Shown here: positions 30,838 through 41,484 of the stretch, piece by piece
Position numbering within the stretch: position 1 is the first letter of the stretch
Layout of the letters: the number at the start of each line of letters is the position of its first letter
Virus record (IMG/VR): IMGVR_UViG_2547132519_000001
Span: 70,299-134,298 of that record
DNA from: a virus
Lineage: Duplodnaviria > Caudoviricetes
Reading direction: 5' to 3' (one strand)
DNA: 64,000 nt
The notes under the pieces: model-generated
Told to the model about the DNA's origin: nothing
Databases searched by the model: none
Seen by the model: the letters and a program-made list of their open reading frames with translations, nothing else
Program-made: the position numbers and the translations under genes

Positions 30838-31020
30838 CTATCCCCTCAGTTTGGCGACTGGTGAGATAGTATAAAACACATACATAAATTACATCAACAA
30901 ATCCCCAATTAACAACCTAAAACTGAATAGAGAATATCTGTACGGGTGCTTAAACAGCTCACCCTTGGGAGAGTTTGCCCATAAATAGCTGTTTTACATA
31001 GTTTATATAGAGCAAATTTC
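30838..31020 (+). other. structured non-coding leader of the replication operon
   Basis: CAGT-TTGGCG-ACTG hairpin; GGGTG/CACCC stem whose loop AAACAGCT is complementary to downstream AGCTGTTT. Confidence 0.5.
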
Positions 31021-31075
31021 ATGTTATCGCCAGTGATGAGTTGGTGTTTACATAGAGAAAACAATAAAGAAAGAG

Positions 31076-31510
31076 GTGCTAATCATAGGAGGAGAATTTG
31101 GAATTAAAATAATGAAAGTTAAATCTGATGGAGATAATGTAAGACCATACAACGGGTATGGCAACAGCCGAAATATGGTTTTATCTTTACTTGGAAATGA
31201 TAATCAATGGTTGCATTTATGTGGAGATAATGATTGGGGATATTTAGCTCTGGAAGTATTGAAGCCAATTTTACAAACAGCCATTAGTGTACAGACAGAT
31301 ATTATCAACAATATTAGTGACCATAATCCGGAAGTGATCTTAGTTGGAAGAAATGACTTTAGATTATTAGATATTTTACATATAGCCAGAGATGGAGAAG
31401 AAGGGATTTCTATTATCAGAGGAATCCCCGTTGTAAAAGGTGACTTTGATAATGGAGTCAAGTTTTTAGGCAAGAAAACAAAAGATGATTCAGAATTACC
31501 ATTTGCATAA
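31076..31510 (+). CDS. hypothetical protein
   Basis: 144-aa ORF; probable ATA start at 31085. Confidence 0.6.
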   Translation: MLIIGGEFGIKIMKVKSDGDNVRPYNGYGNSRNMVLSLLGNDNQWLHLCGDNDWGYLALEVLKPILQTAISVQTDIINNISDHNPEVILVGRNDFRLLDILHIARDGEEGISIIRGIPVVKGDFDNGVKFLGKKTKDDSELPFA

Positions 31511-31524
31511 TAAGGAGGAAAAGA

Positions 31525-32145
31525 ATGTCAGAAAATTATTTTAAGGAACTTTATAACGTCGATGTTAAGGAAAAAGTAAAGCAGAAAAATGGGTTGAATT
31601 ATTTGTCATGGGCTGCATGTTGGGCAGAGGTGAAAAAGCTTCACCCTGATGCCACATATCGGATTTATGAAGAAGTTCTTACTTATGCTCCAGATGGATC
31701 AACACCTATGAAAACTCGTCCATGGTTTGACGATGGGAGAACAGGCTGGGTAAAGACAGGAGTTACGATCAATGGTATTGAACATATTGAGGAATTACCA
31801 GTAATGGATTTTAAAAATAGTTCCATTTCGGCAGATAATATTAAGTCTTCGGAAGCAAACAAAGCAATTCAGAGATCATTAACTAAGGCATGTGCGCGGC
31901 ATGGGTTGGGATTGTACATATATGAAGGTGAAGATCTCCCAGAAGAGAGCAAGGAATTAGAAAAACTTAGAACTGAATGCTATAAATTGGTCACAGAAAG
32001 AGCTAAATTATCTGAAGCGGCAAAAAATAAAGTGGCTGAGTTCTGTAAATCCGCTGACGAAAAAGCAAACGGCGATCCTAGAATCATGGAAGACATTGAA
32101 ACATTAAAGACACTTAAAACACAGCTTATGGGAATTAGAAAATAG
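31525..32145 (+). CDS. sak: Sak/DUF1071-type single-strand annealing protein
   Basis: LNYLSWA, LPVMD, NKAIQRSLTKACARHGLGLYIYEGEDLP. Confidence 0.85.
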   Translation: MSENYFKELYNVDVKEKVKQKNGLNYLSWAACWAEVKKLHPDATYRIYEEVLTYAPDGSTPMKTRPWFDDGRTGWVKTGVTINGIEHIEELPVMDFKNSSISADNIKSSEANKAIQRSLTKACARHGLGLYIYEGEDLPEESKELEKLRTECYKLVTERAKLSEAAKNKVAEFCKSADEKANGDPRIMEDIETLKTLKTQLMGIRK

Positions 32146-32159
32146 GAGGAGATTGACAT

Positions 32160-32570
32160 ATGGGATTCAGAAGTGGCGCGTATTCAAAAATTTGGAGCAT
32201 CGAAAAAGGCAAGGGTAACTATTATGTGGCAGACATGTCAACCAGCAAAAAAATGAAAGATAGAGACGGCAACGAGATTCAGGAGAACGGCAAAGCAAAA
32301 TATGAAACAGATTGGTCAAATAAATTTGTACGTCTTGTGGGGACGGCGGCAAAACAAGCTGAGTCATTAAAGTCTGGAGATTCGGTTAAGATTGAATCTT
32401 GTGAAGTGACAAGTAAATATGACAAAGACAAGGGAAAGGAATTTGTAAATTATGTGATTTATGCGTTCGATAACAGCCAGAATAATTCTTCAAATTCAAC
32501 TCCAGCAAGCGGAAATGGATTTATGAATATTCCAGATGGCGTAGAAGATGAGGGACTTCCATTTAACTAG
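32160..32570 (+). CDS. ssb: single-stranded DNA-binding protein
   Basis: Follows sak; acidic tail FMNIPDGVEDEGLPFN. Confidence 0.8.
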   Translation: MGFRSGAYSKIWSIEKGKGNYYVADMSTSKKMKDRDGNEIQENGKAKYETDWSNKFVRLVGTAAKQAESLKSGDSVKIESCEVTSKYDKDKGKEFVNYVIYAFDNSQNNSSNSTPASGNGFMNIPDGVEDEGLPFN

Positions 32571-32581
32571 GAAAGGAAAAC

Positions 32582-32788
32582 ATGGACAATTTAAAATGTG
32601 GAGATAGGGTCGAGGTATTTCAAAACTCAGAAAGAATTAAACGCCTTAGCTATTTGAATAAGACGGGGATAGCTACTGGTAAACGCAAGGCAAATGATTT
32701 TGAGGTAGTTTTTGATGATGGACAGAATAGCTATGTTTACATCGAGGATTTAAAGATCGTATCTGGACGCAATACCCAAGTTCAATAG
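32582..32788 (+). CDS. small SH3/KOW-like hypothetical protein
   Basis: 68-aa ORF with SD. Confidence 0.55.
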   Translation: MDNLKCGDRVEVFQNSERIKRLSYLNKTGIATGKRKANDFEVVFDDGQNSYVYIEDLKIVSGRNTQVQ

Positions 32789-32799
32789 AGGTGTAATTT

Positions 32800-33288
32800 A
32801 TGTCAGATAAAACATATAAGTGTGCATTTAAGCATTGCAAGCATGAGTCCTGCGAAATACCGCAGGACAAAGCTATTAAAGTTGGGAATAGATACATGCA
32901 TTCAGATTGTGCCAAGACTAGTAAAAACATTACAGAGATAAGAGATTTCTATTATGAAAATATCAGTAAAACAGTTGTCATGAAACAGTTGGTGAGTGTT
33001 ATTAACAATCTCTTATTTACAAAAGATATTGATTCTGAATATTTGTTGTTTGCACTGACTCATTCTGTATCTGCAAAAATACCTGTAAAAAGTCCTTATG
33101 GGCTTCATTATTTAATAGATAATCAGAGAATTAAGGATTTGTTTAAGAAGAAAAAAGCTACGGAAATCGCAAACGAGATAAAGAAAGATGCTAATTCTGC
33201 TGAGATGGAGCCAGTTAAGTCCATTGGATTTAATTATAGTTCATCTAACAATGTTGGATTTGGAGGTATTTTGAAGGGAGGGAATTAG
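32800..33288 (+). CDS. hypothetical protein upstream of the helicase (Cys/His-rich N-terminus)
   Basis: 162-aa ORF coupled to dnaB. Confidence 0.7.
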   Translation: MSDKTYKCAFKHCKHESCEIPQDKAIKVGNRYMHSDCAKTSKNITEIRDFYYENISKTVVMKQLVSVINNLLFTKDIDSEYLLFALTHSVSAKIPVKSPYGLHYLIDNQRIKDLFKKKKATEIANEIKKDANSAEMEPVKSIGFNYSSSNNVGFGGILKGGN

Positions 33289-34634
33289 TGGATTTAAGCG
33301 AAATTTCTGACTATAAAGCAGAAGCCGGTGTGATATCGACCTTAGTGTATCACCCGGAATTTATTTTACATAGTAACTATCTACATGAAAAGTATTTTTA
33401 CAACGTTGATAACGCCTGTATTTATTGGGCAATTAATGAGCTTTTTGCAAAAAAGATAACAAACATAACGGCCTTGAATATTGAACAGATGCTTGATTCT
33501 AATAAGGCTGTAAGAAAAAAAGTCCAGGAGTACAATTTGCCAAGTATCCAAGAGTACATTGACCTTTGTTTTAACACAAAGAGAGATAGTGTTGAGGAAT
33601 ATCTTCTTCTTGTCAATCGTGTGGTTGAACTGGCATTTAAACGTTCTTTTTATAAGAAAGCAAGCGATTGGCAAAGAATGTGCCTCAGTGAAGAGATTCA
33701 TCTAAACGACATGAGCAACGCTGTCTATAAAGAACTAAATGAACTAACAACAAGTTTTGTGACCGATGGAGAGATTACAACTTTTGGTTCAAAGATTAAG
33801 GATATTTGGCAGAAGATAAAAGAAAAGAAGGAACGTGGGGAATCATATGGATTACCTTCATTTTTTTCAAGTATAAATGAATTTTTTACTTATGAGGAAA
33901 CTGAATTAGTTGTAATAGAAGCAAGGATGAAAAAGGGTAAGAGCTGGTTGGCGATGATTGAAGCGTTGCACAAGGCCATGAACGGAGTCCCTACCTTTGT
34001 CCAGGATAGTGAGATGAGCGACGAGAACTGGTACGTAAGGGTCTTGTCTTACTTAAGTGGTATATCAGTCTATCGGATTAAGAATTCTATTTTAACAGAG
34101 GAAGAAGAATTAAAGGTAGAAGAAACCAACAACTATATTGAGTCACTACCTTTGTTTCATAATTTTGATCCATATATTACAAAAGAGAAATTTTACTCTA
34201 TTTGCGCACAAAAGAAAAGTGAGATGGATTTGAAATTTGTTGTATGGGACTATATCAAGTGCGATGATTCTATTCTTAATTCTGCCGAAAGAAGTGCATA
34301 TATGGCAGGTATTACAAACTGGTTAAAAAACATTATTGCTGGTGATTTGAAAATGTCCGTTTTAGCATTCTGCCAATTAAGTCGTCAAAACGAGGTTGCA
34401 GAATCAGATGGTATAGAAAAATATTGTTCAGTAGCTTGTAAATGGGAAGAAAAAACGAATGAAGAGTTGGTTGCTGATGGCAAAGAATGTGGAACCCATA
34501 AGTTTACAGTCAAATTAAATAGACTAGGAAAGCCACATTCGGGGAGTGGAGATTATATTGATATGATGTTTACCTCCGAAAAAGTCGGAATTAGAGAGGC
34601 CAAACAACACACTGAAAGCACACCATTTAGTTAG
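33288..34634 (+). CDS. dnaB: replicative DnaB-like helicase
   Basis: EAGVI N-terminus, ARMKKGKS Walker A variant, SEM, WDYI, QLSR. Confidence 0.85.
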   Translation: MDLSEISDYKAEAGVISTLVYHPEFILHSNYLHEKYFYNVDNACIYWAINELFAKKITNITALNIEQMLDSNKAVRKKVQEYNLPSIQEYIDLCFNTKRDSVEEYLLLVNRVVELAFKRSFYKKASDWQRMCLSEEIHLNDMSNAVYKELNELTTSFVTDGEITTFGSKIKDIWQKIKEKKERGESYGLPSFFSSINEFFTYEETELVVIEARMKKGKSWLAMIEALHKAMNGVPTFVQDSEMSDENWYVRVLSYLSGISVYRIKNSILTEEEELKVEETNNYIESLPLFHNFDPYITKEKFYSICAQKKSEMDLKFVVWDYIKCDDSILNSAERSAYMAGITNWLKNIIAGDLKMSVLAFCQLSRQNEVAESDGIEKYCSVACKWEEKTNEELVADGKECGTHKFTVKLNRLGKPHSGSGDYIDMMFTSEKVGIREAKQHTESTPFS

Positions 34635-34637
34635 GAG

Positions 34638-35663
34638 GTGAATCTTGTGGCTCTATATGATGATGACATGCTAGAAGAAATTAATAGCAACGTTGATCTG
34701 CTTGATTATATTGGATCTACGATGGAGTTAAAACAACGAGGTAAAGATTATTTTGGACATTGTTCTCTACATATAGACCGCACCTCTTCATTTTCCGTTA
34801 CACCATCTAAGAATAAGTTCTTTTGTTTTAGTTGTGGAGCAGGTGGCGGAATTATTCAATACCTTATTCTTTATGAGAAATTAGGTTATGATGAGGCAAT
34901 TAAAAAAGCTTCTCGTTTGGCTGATGTAGATCTAAAGGCTATGTGTCAGTCGGAAACAGTTAAATTGAATAAAGTCATACGAAAGTTTCATAACAACAAT
35001 CCAAGTGAATCATCTACTCGCGAGATTTTAAGTTCCAAAGAATTACTTAAATATAAAGATGTTGAAATTCCTGAGTGGGTAGAAGAGGGGATATCTCCTA
35101 GTGTTTTAAAGATATTTGGAATTAGACTTGATAACCGGGGGAATAGAATCGTATATCCTGTTTATGACATGGTAGGCAATCTGATTAATATTAAAGGAAG
35201 AACCCTATGTAAAGAGTTTAAGTTTTTTGGCATTCAGAAGTACATAAATTATTATCCAGTTGGAGTGGTGGATTATTTTCAAGGTATGAACATTACCTTG
35301 CAATACATTAAGGCATCTGGAGAAATAAAGATCTTTGAAAGCATAAAGAGCGTTATGAAACTTTTTACATGGGGAATTAAGGATAGTGCTTCTGCTGAAA
35401 AACACACTCTAACGCTGGAGCAAATAAAAATTCTGATATCAACGCAAGAAATCAAGAGTGTGGTGTTTTGTTATGATTCTGATGTTTCTTATCAGGAACG
35501 AAAAGTTAAAGAGAATATTGATTTATTGAAGCGCTTTGTAAACGTGTATGTGATTATTGATAAAAAAAATCTACTCGGAGGAGTGGAAGGGAAAAATTCC
35601 CCCGTAGATTTGGGAAAAGAAGTTTGGGAATCGTTATATCAAACAAGAGTAAAAATCAAATAA
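34638..35663 (+). CDS. dnaG: DNA primase (CHC2 Zn finger + TOPRIM)
   Basis: CSLH..D.TSSF, FFCFSCG, FES, CYDSD. Confidence 0.85.
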   Translation: MNLVALYDDDMLEEINSNVDLLDYIGSTMELKQRGKDYFGHCSLHIDRTSSFSVTPSKNKFFCFSCGAGGGIIQYLILYEKLGYDEAIKKASRLADVDLKAMCQSETVKLNKVIRKFHNNNPSESSTREILSSKELLKYKDVEIPEWVEEGISPSVLKIFGIRLDNRGNRIVYPVYDMVGNLINIKGRTLCKEFKFFGIQKYINYYPVGVVDYFQGMNITLQYIKASGEIKIFESIKSVMKLFTWGIKDSASAEKHTLTLEQIKILISTQEIKSVVFCYDSDVSYQERKVKENIDLLKRFVNVYVIIDKKNLLGGVEGKNSPVDLGKEVWESLYQTRVKIK

Positions 35664-35675
35664 AGGAGGATATGA

Positions 35676-36488
35676 TTGGGAGAATATAAAAAACAGATAG
35701 ATGAAATGGAGTTTTCATTTAGTCGCTGCAACTCATTTGAAGGTTGTAAATATGAATGGTATCTAAATTATCTACTCAAAGATGAAAATGGTAAACGTGT
35801 TTATGATAATGAGCAGAATTTCTATGCTGCATTTGGATCATTTTGTCACGCTATTTTAGAACGGATTTTTACTGAAGAGATGAATGTTGAAAATTCAGTT
35901 GATTATTACAAGGTTAATTTTGAAGAAGAAGTTCAATGTTATGATGTCCCGGAGTCGACTAGAGAGAAGTATTTCTATTTGGGATTAGATTACTTCGCTA
36001 CTCTCGATTTAACTTGGTTAGATGAATATGAAGTGCTAGGTGTGGAAAAAAAGTGTGAATTCACCATTAATGGTCGCCGTTTTATTGGTTACATAGACCT
36101 TTTACTAAGGCATAAGAAATCTAAAGAGATTATTGTGATTGATCATAAATCTAGCGAGTATCCACTAGGTAAAAAAGGACAGGTATTAAAAAAGAAGCTT
36201 TTAGATTATGAGAGATATAAAATTCAGCTTTACATGTATTGTGAACAAGTATTTAAAGAATATGGAGTCTACCCATCTAAAATAGTTTGGAACTACTTTA
36301 AAGACAAGAAATGGTTGGAACTTCCATTTATATATGATGAATTCAAAGATGCAAAGGAGTGGGCGATAAAAATAATTGATTCAATGTATCTGGAAGAAAA
36401 TTTTGTGCCATCGATGGATTATTTCTACTGCAATAATTTATGCGGTTTTAGAAACTCCTGCGATTATAAGTTAATGGGAGGCGAATAA
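35676..36488 (+). CDS. PD-(D/E)XK RecB/Cas4-like exonuclease
   Basis: GYIDLL, IDHKS, QLYMY, C-terminal Cys cluster. Confidence 0.85.
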   Translation: MGEYKKQIDEMEFSFSRCNSFEGCKYEWYLNYLLKDENGKRVYDNEQNFYAAFGSFCHAILERIFTEEMNVENSVDYYKVNFEEEVQCYDVPESTREKYFYLGLDYFATLDLTWLDEYEVLGVEKKCEFTINGRRFIGYIDLLLRHKKSKEIIVIDHKSSEYPLGKKGQVLKKKLLDYERYKIQLYMYCEQVFKEYGVYPSKIVWNYFKDKKWLELPFIYDEFKDAKEWAIKIIDSMYLEENFVPSMDYFYCNNLCGFRNSCDYKLMGGE

Positions 36489-39400
36489 TTGTCTTTACTA
36501 GAGGATTCGAAAAAGGCTGCTTCAAGACTGAATTTTAGCTTCCCATATAATATAGAAACTTGGCTCAATGATATGAATATGCTCATGGAAAATTATCACA
36601 AGCATACTACATGGTCTGATTTAATTCAGATTGATTCGGCTACTGATATTCATGAGTTTATGGAACATTCTAATTCATATGGCTGCCAATGCTACTTTTC
36701 GGGCGAGCATGGTTATCCTGGAGAATGGCTATATGTATATGACGTATGCAAAAATTCTCAAGATGCTGATTATCGTAAGAAGCATAAGTTATCAAAAGAA
36801 ATTAAGTTTAGATACTCTGCGGAAGTGTATTGGGTAAAAGACATAAATGAAGTGATTCGCGAGGAGCATGTTGATAAAAAAGGCAAATCTCAGGTAAGAG
36901 AGAAAAGAGATAAAACTAATTGCCACATGGTAATTGTTGCTCGTACTTATCAAGCAATGAGGAAGCTGAATTACATAATAACGTGTGCTCATAACGAAGG
37001 TTTCTATTCAAAACCAAGAATTGATTTAAATATGTTATTTGAACTTGATAAAGATGATGTTTACATTACTTCTGCGTGTATTGCAGGTTGGAAATACGAA
37101 AATGCTGAAGATATTTGGTTAAAGATATGGGAGCATTTTGGAAACAACTTCTTTCTTGAATACCAAACTCATAATACTATGGCTCAAAAGTTATTAAATG
37201 ATAGAATCTACAAAATGTCTCAAAAATACGGTATACAGACCATTGTCGGGCTTGATACCCATTATATAAATGAAGAGGATAGAATAAAAAGAGAAAATCT
37301 TCTCCAGAGAAAAGGCCTACATTATGACGATGAAAATGGCTGGTATATGGACTTTCCTACAGGCAAGAAAACATATGAAAGATTAGTTGAACAGGCAGTT
37401 TTACCCTCAGAAGAAATCATTTATTCGATGATGAATACACATGTTTTCATTGATGGGTGCGAAGAACTCACATACAAGACAAATTTTAAAATACCTATAG
37501 CTCCCATGTACGAACAATATGACTACAATGAACGGGTTAAAATACTTAAAGGTATTTTATATGAAAAATATAGAGAAGAAGATTTAGATCATAGAACCAA
37601 GGATAGAGAAGAAGGCATGCTGTATGAACATGGGGAAATTGAAGCAAGCGGGACTACCGATTACTTTTTAACTAACTTTGAGTTAGTAAAGTTGGCTGTT
37701 AATAAGCACCGCGGACAGCTAACTACTACCTCAAGAGGAAGCGCTAGTTCATATTATTCGAGTAAATTACTAGGGTTTACTACCATGGATAGGTTTGAGT
37801 CAGAAGTTCCTATATATCCAGAGCGTTTTATTACAAAGGATAGGATTTTATCTTCTCACCAGATGCCTGATATAGATTTTAATGTTTCAAATCAGGAACC
37901 ATTTGTTCTAGCAGGGAGAGAGTTGGTTGGAGAACATGGTTGCTATCCCCTATTGGCAGTTGGCAAATTAGGAGAAAAGTCAGGATTCAAACTGTATGCG
38001 GATATAAAAGGACTTGAGCCAAGTGTCGCAAATGAGATCACTTCTTCTATTGACCAGTATAATGAAGCACTGAAACAGGTTGATGACGAAGAGGATAAAA
38101 AGGATATCCATATAGAGGATTATATAACAAATAAAGAGCATTTAAAAATATTTAATGATAGTAAGCCATATCAAGGTATTATTGAACAGGCCAAAGTTCA
38201 TGCTTGTGGATTCTTCTTGTTTAATGGGAACGTCGAAGAAAAAGATGTTATTGGATATGGAGATATTCGCTATGAGATTGGATTGATAAGATGCCATTCT
38301 GAAAGCACTGGAAAATCCACGGTTGTTGCCAATATCGAGGGAGGATTGCTTGATTCTTATGGTTATGTAAAAGATGATTTTCTTATTGTAGATGTCGTAG
38401 GGATCATTCATAAGCTATACGAAAGCATTGATATGAAAGTTCCTACCGTTGCCGAACTAAGAAAAATGGTATCTGGCGATGAAAAAGTTTGGAAACTGTA
38501 TGAGATGGGAGCCACATGTTGCCTTAATCAGTGCGAGAAACCAAGTACCACAAAAAAGGTTATGAAATTCAAGCCGAAGAATATCAAAGAGTTGGCTGCC
38601 TTTATTGCAGGTATTCGCCCAGGTTTCAAATCTCTAATTGATGGATTCTTGAATAGGATTGACTACAGTAATGGAGAAAAAGCTATTGATAAACTCTTGG
38701 CGGATTGCTTCCACTACATGTTGTATCAGGAAGCGGTAATGAAAATTTTCTCCTATCTAGGTATCCCTATGAAAGATAGCTACGATACAATCAAAAAGAT
38801 AAGTAAAAAGAAGTTAAAAGGCGAAGCTCTTGCAAAGGTAGAGTCTAGTCTAAAAGAACATTGGTTGCAAAATATCGGCAATTTAGATAACTTTGAACCA
38901 GTATATAAGGTCATCAAAGACAGCGCTAGATATAGTTTTAATGCTCCTCATGCTCTAGCAATGGCAAATGATTCTCTCTATGAAGCATGGCCGAAAGCCC
39001 ATTATCTTTCCAAATTCTATGAGGTGACGTTAAACCATTATCAGGATAAAGGAGATAAAAATAAGGTTGCTGCACTAACAAAAGAAGCAATGACGATGTT
39101 CGGCTACACGATGGGAACCTATGAGTACGGGAAAGACAATACTAAATTCACTATCGATGATGAAAACAAGATCATTTATCCCAATCTATCTAGCGTTAAG
39201 GGGATTGGAGAAAAAGCCGTTCGTGCCATTATGGATATATATGAACAAGGAATTGATGATTTTGTTGAAATCTATACGTCCATTAAAGGTACGAATATCA
39301 ATTCATCGGTGTTTAAGGATTTGGTGAAGATAGGATATTTTAGGAAGTTTGGCTCTATAAAGAAACTTCTTACAATCACTGGAATTGTAGATTACTGGAG

Positions 39401-39950
39401 AGGAAGCCAAGGAACCGGAAGAAAGACTGTTAAAAAAGCAGAAATCCCAGATCTTCACATAGCTGAAGAGATTGTAAAAAAATATGCGACAGATAAATTG
39501 GCATCTGGAAAGACCAGTGATTCACAGTATAGCAATTTAGACTGGATTGGATTGTGTAAGGAATTATCTTACCATGTTGAGAATGATGAGTTTGGAGTAA
39601 TTCAGCTTGTGAAATTTCAATATGAAGTATTAGGATATGTTGACTATGTTGACGATTCTCTTGATTGGAGGTATGTGGTAATCACTGATATCAATACAAC
39701 ATATTCGCCTAAATTCAATGCTTATAGCATAGGTAAAGGCAAGACAACAGAGATGAAAATACATAAGTCCATCAATAAACGAGACAAGGCAATTAAGATG
39801 AGCTTTAATGAGATACCGGTTCAAGATGGAGATATAATTTACATAAAGGATGTAAAAAAACAGCCAAAGAAACAAAAAGTGAATGATGAGTGGCAAATAG
39901 TCCCCGATGTTTACGAGTGGTGGATTAAAGATTATATAAAAATGGCATAG
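36489..39950 (+). CDS. dnaE: DNA polymerase III alpha subunit
   Basis: PHP domain HKHTTWS, SRGSA, MPDIDFN, HACG, YQE, YSFNAPHA. Confidence 0.92.
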   Translation: MSLLEDSKKAASRLNFSFPYNIETWLNDMNMLMENYHKHTTWSDLIQIDSATDIHEFMEHSNSYGCQCYFSGEHGYPGEWLYVYDVCKNSQDADYRKKHKLSKEIKFRYSAEVYWVKDINEVIREEHVDKKGKSQVREKRDKTNCHMVIVARTYQAMRKLNYIITCAHNEGFYSKPRIDLNMLFELDKDDVYITSACIAGWKYENAEDIWLKIWEHFGNNFFLEYQTHNTMAQKLLNDRIYKMSQKYGIQTIVGLDTHYINEEDRIKRENLLQRKGLHYDDENGWYMDFPTGKKTYERLVEQAVLPSEEIIYSMMNTHVFIDGCEELTYKTNFKIPIAPMYEQYDYNERVKILKGILYEKYREEDLDHRTKDREEGMLYEHGEIEASGTTDYFLTNFELVKLAVNKHRGQLTTTSRGSASSYYSSKLLGFTTMDRFESEVPIYPERFITKDRILSSHQMPDIDFNVSNQEPFVLAGRELVGEHGCYPLLAVGKLGEKSGFKLYADIKGLEPSVANEITSSIDQYNEALKQVDDEEDKKDIHIEDYITNKEHLKIFNDSKPYQGIIEQAKVHACGFFLFNGNVEEKDVIGYGDIRYEIGLIRCHSESTGKSTVVANIEGGLLDSYGYVKDDFLIVDVVGIIHKLYESIDMKVPTVAELRKMVSGDEKVWKLYEMGATCCLNQCEKPSTTKKVMKFKPKNIKELAAFIAGIRPGFKSLIDGFLNRIDYSNGEKAIDKLLADCFHYMLYQEAVMKIFSYLGIPMKDSYDTIKKISKKKLKGEALAKVESSLKEHWLQNIGNLDNFEPVYKVIKDSARYSFNAPHALAMANDSLYEAWPKAHYLSKFYEVTLNHYQDKGDKNKVAALTKEAMTMFGYTMGTYEYGKDNTKFTIDDENKIIYPNLSSVKGIGEKAVRAIMDIYEQGIDDFVEIYTSIKGTNINSSVFKDLVKIGYFRKFGSIKKLLTITGIVDYWRGSQGTGRKTVKKAEIPDLHIAEEIVKKYATDKLASGKTSDSQYSNLDWIGLCKELSYHVENDEFGVIQLVKFQYEVLGYVDYVDDSLDWRYVVITDINTTYSPKFNAYSIGKGKTTEMKIHKSINKRDKAIKMSFNEIPVQDGDIIYIKDVKKQPKKQKVNDEWQIVPDVYEWWIKDYIKMA

Positions 39951-39951
39951 G

Positions 39952-40500
39952 ATGGTGAAACACATTAAGAATTATTACACGGATAAGAAATATAAGGAAC
40001 TTTTATCTCACATGGTCATACTCTGTGACACGAAAGAAAAGAGCAATGAAAATATAATCGAATATTTTGATGGAAATGGTATTGCTTATAAAAAGCGTTC
40101 TCTTAAAACAGGCGATTATTCAATTATGGTAGAGGCTTGCCCGGAGTTGGGTTTTCTTGTAGACACGTATTTTACCGATGAATTGGTGATAGAGCGTAAA
40201 AATGGATTAAAGGAACTAGCTGGTAATTTGTCGAATAATCAAGATGATGACCGATTTATGAAGGAATTAAACAGAATGATTAATGTCTCAAACGTTTATC
40301 TTGTGGTAGAAAACGATAGACTGGACGATATCATGGAACACAATTACGATTCCAAATATAATGAAGATTCGTTTTTGAGAACGTTACTAACATGGCAAAA
40401 GCGGAGCAATTTCTATCTGAATTTTGTTAATCGTGAAAACATGGGAAAATTCATTTATGAGATTTGCAAAAACTGTTTAGATAATAGCATTTTAAAATAG
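39952..40500 (+). CDS. ERCC4-domain nuclease
   Basis: DTKEK, LKTGDY, IERK. Confidence 0.85.
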   Translation: MVKHIKNYYTDKKYKELLSHMVILCDTKEKSNENIIEYFDGNGIAYKKRSLKTGDYSIMVEACPELGFLVDTYFTDELVIERKNGLKELAGNLSNNQDDDRFMKELNRMINVSNVYLVVENDRLDDIMEHNYDSKYNEDSFLRTLLTWQKRSNFYLNFVNRENMGKFIYEICKNCLDNSILK

Positions 40501-40511
40501 GAGGATAAAAT

Positions 40512-41243
40512 TTGAAGAAAGAAATATTTGAGAAAGAATTAGGATATATTGCAACAGAAGAAGTAAGAAAATTGGTCGAAGTTGGTTTGGAGAATTTGCC
40601 AGACTATTTCTTTTCAATGGCCGCTTCCACTACCGGAAAGTATCATCCGTCATATGCTCTTGGAGAAGGTGGGCTTGTTAGGCACACAAAAGCTGCGGCG
40701 CTAATTGCGAATTACATATGTCAGCTGGAACAGACACAGAATGAGTTTACTCAGGAAGAGCGTGATTGTATGATTGCTGGAACCATTCTACATGACGGAC
40801 ATAAGGAAGGAAATGGTGGAAGTAAGTTTACTGTGCATGAACACCCTCAAATTTGTGCAGAATGGATTTTAACAAATACTATCTTCGATAGCTTCAGCAT
40901 GGATTATAGATATATGATTGCTGATGTTGTCGCTTCTCATATGGGACAGTGGAATGAAAACAAACGAAGTAAGGTCGTCTTGCAGAAGCCAACGACTCCG
41001 ATGCAAAAGATCGTTCATCTTTGTGATTACTTAGCATCAAGGAAAGATATCGAAATCTTATTCGATTCCAATATGGAAGCAACAAAACCAGATATCAATA
41101 CGTACACCTTTGCTTTTGGTAAATATAAAGGACAGTTGATTACGGAAGTAGCAAAGGATCATAAGGATTATTTAGAGTGGATGAGAGATAATATGACATT
41201 AAAGGAACCATTGAAATCTTTTGTTTTAGAATTGTCAAAATGA
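40512..41243 (+). CDS. HD-domain phosphohydrolase
   Basis: ASTTGKYH, HT, LHD, SHMG, DYLAS; C-terminal FGKYKG. Confidence 0.85.
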   Translation: MKKEIFEKELGYIATEEVRKLVEVGLENLPDYFFSMAASTTGKYHPSYALGEGGLVRHTKAAALIANYICQLEQTQNEFTQEERDCMIAGTILHDGHKEGNGGSKFTVHEHPQICAEWILTNTIFDSFSMDYRYMIADVVASHMGQWNENKRSKVVLQKPTTPMQKIVHLCDYLASRKDIEILFDSNMEATKPDINTYTFAFGKYKGQLITEVAKDHKDYLEWMRDNMTLKEPLKSFVLELSK

Positions 41244-41302
41244 AGCCCGAATGAAAAAATGGGCTTCCGTTTTATAAGCCATTAAACTTAAGGAGCAAAG
41301 AA

Positions 41303-41470
41303 ATGAATATTGGTGATGTTATTGAAGAGATGATTTATTTGAAAAGCAAATATGGAATTAGTTTTCCAGATGATAATGCAATTAATGATGCTTGTAATAT
41401 ATTATCAAGATTGCCAAGAAAATGTGTTGTGGCAGAGTGGATTATTACAAACTCTCAGAACGATGAGTAA
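41303..41470 (+). CDS. small hypothetical protein (55 aa)
   Basis: Read by hand, AAGGAG SD. Confidence 0.5.
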   Translation: MNIGDVIEEMIYLKSKYGISFPDDNAINDACNILSRLPRKCVVAEWIITNSQNDE

Positions 41471-41484
41471 ATAGAACAGTGGTT

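Noticed and set aside
35676-36488. Cas4-like nuclease as evidence of CRISPR
   Set aside because: No repeat-spacer array or cas1/cas2 seen; the gene lies in the phage replication operon.
36489-39950. Intein or intron in dnaE (also checked nrdD, dnaB, ligA)
   Set aside because: Lengths are ordinary, and no intein terminal motifs or frame breaks were seen.
13463-39965. Numerous minus-strand ORFs of 60-180 aa overlapping long plus-strand genes
   Set aside because: Antisense shadows of AT-rich coding sequence with no independent signals.
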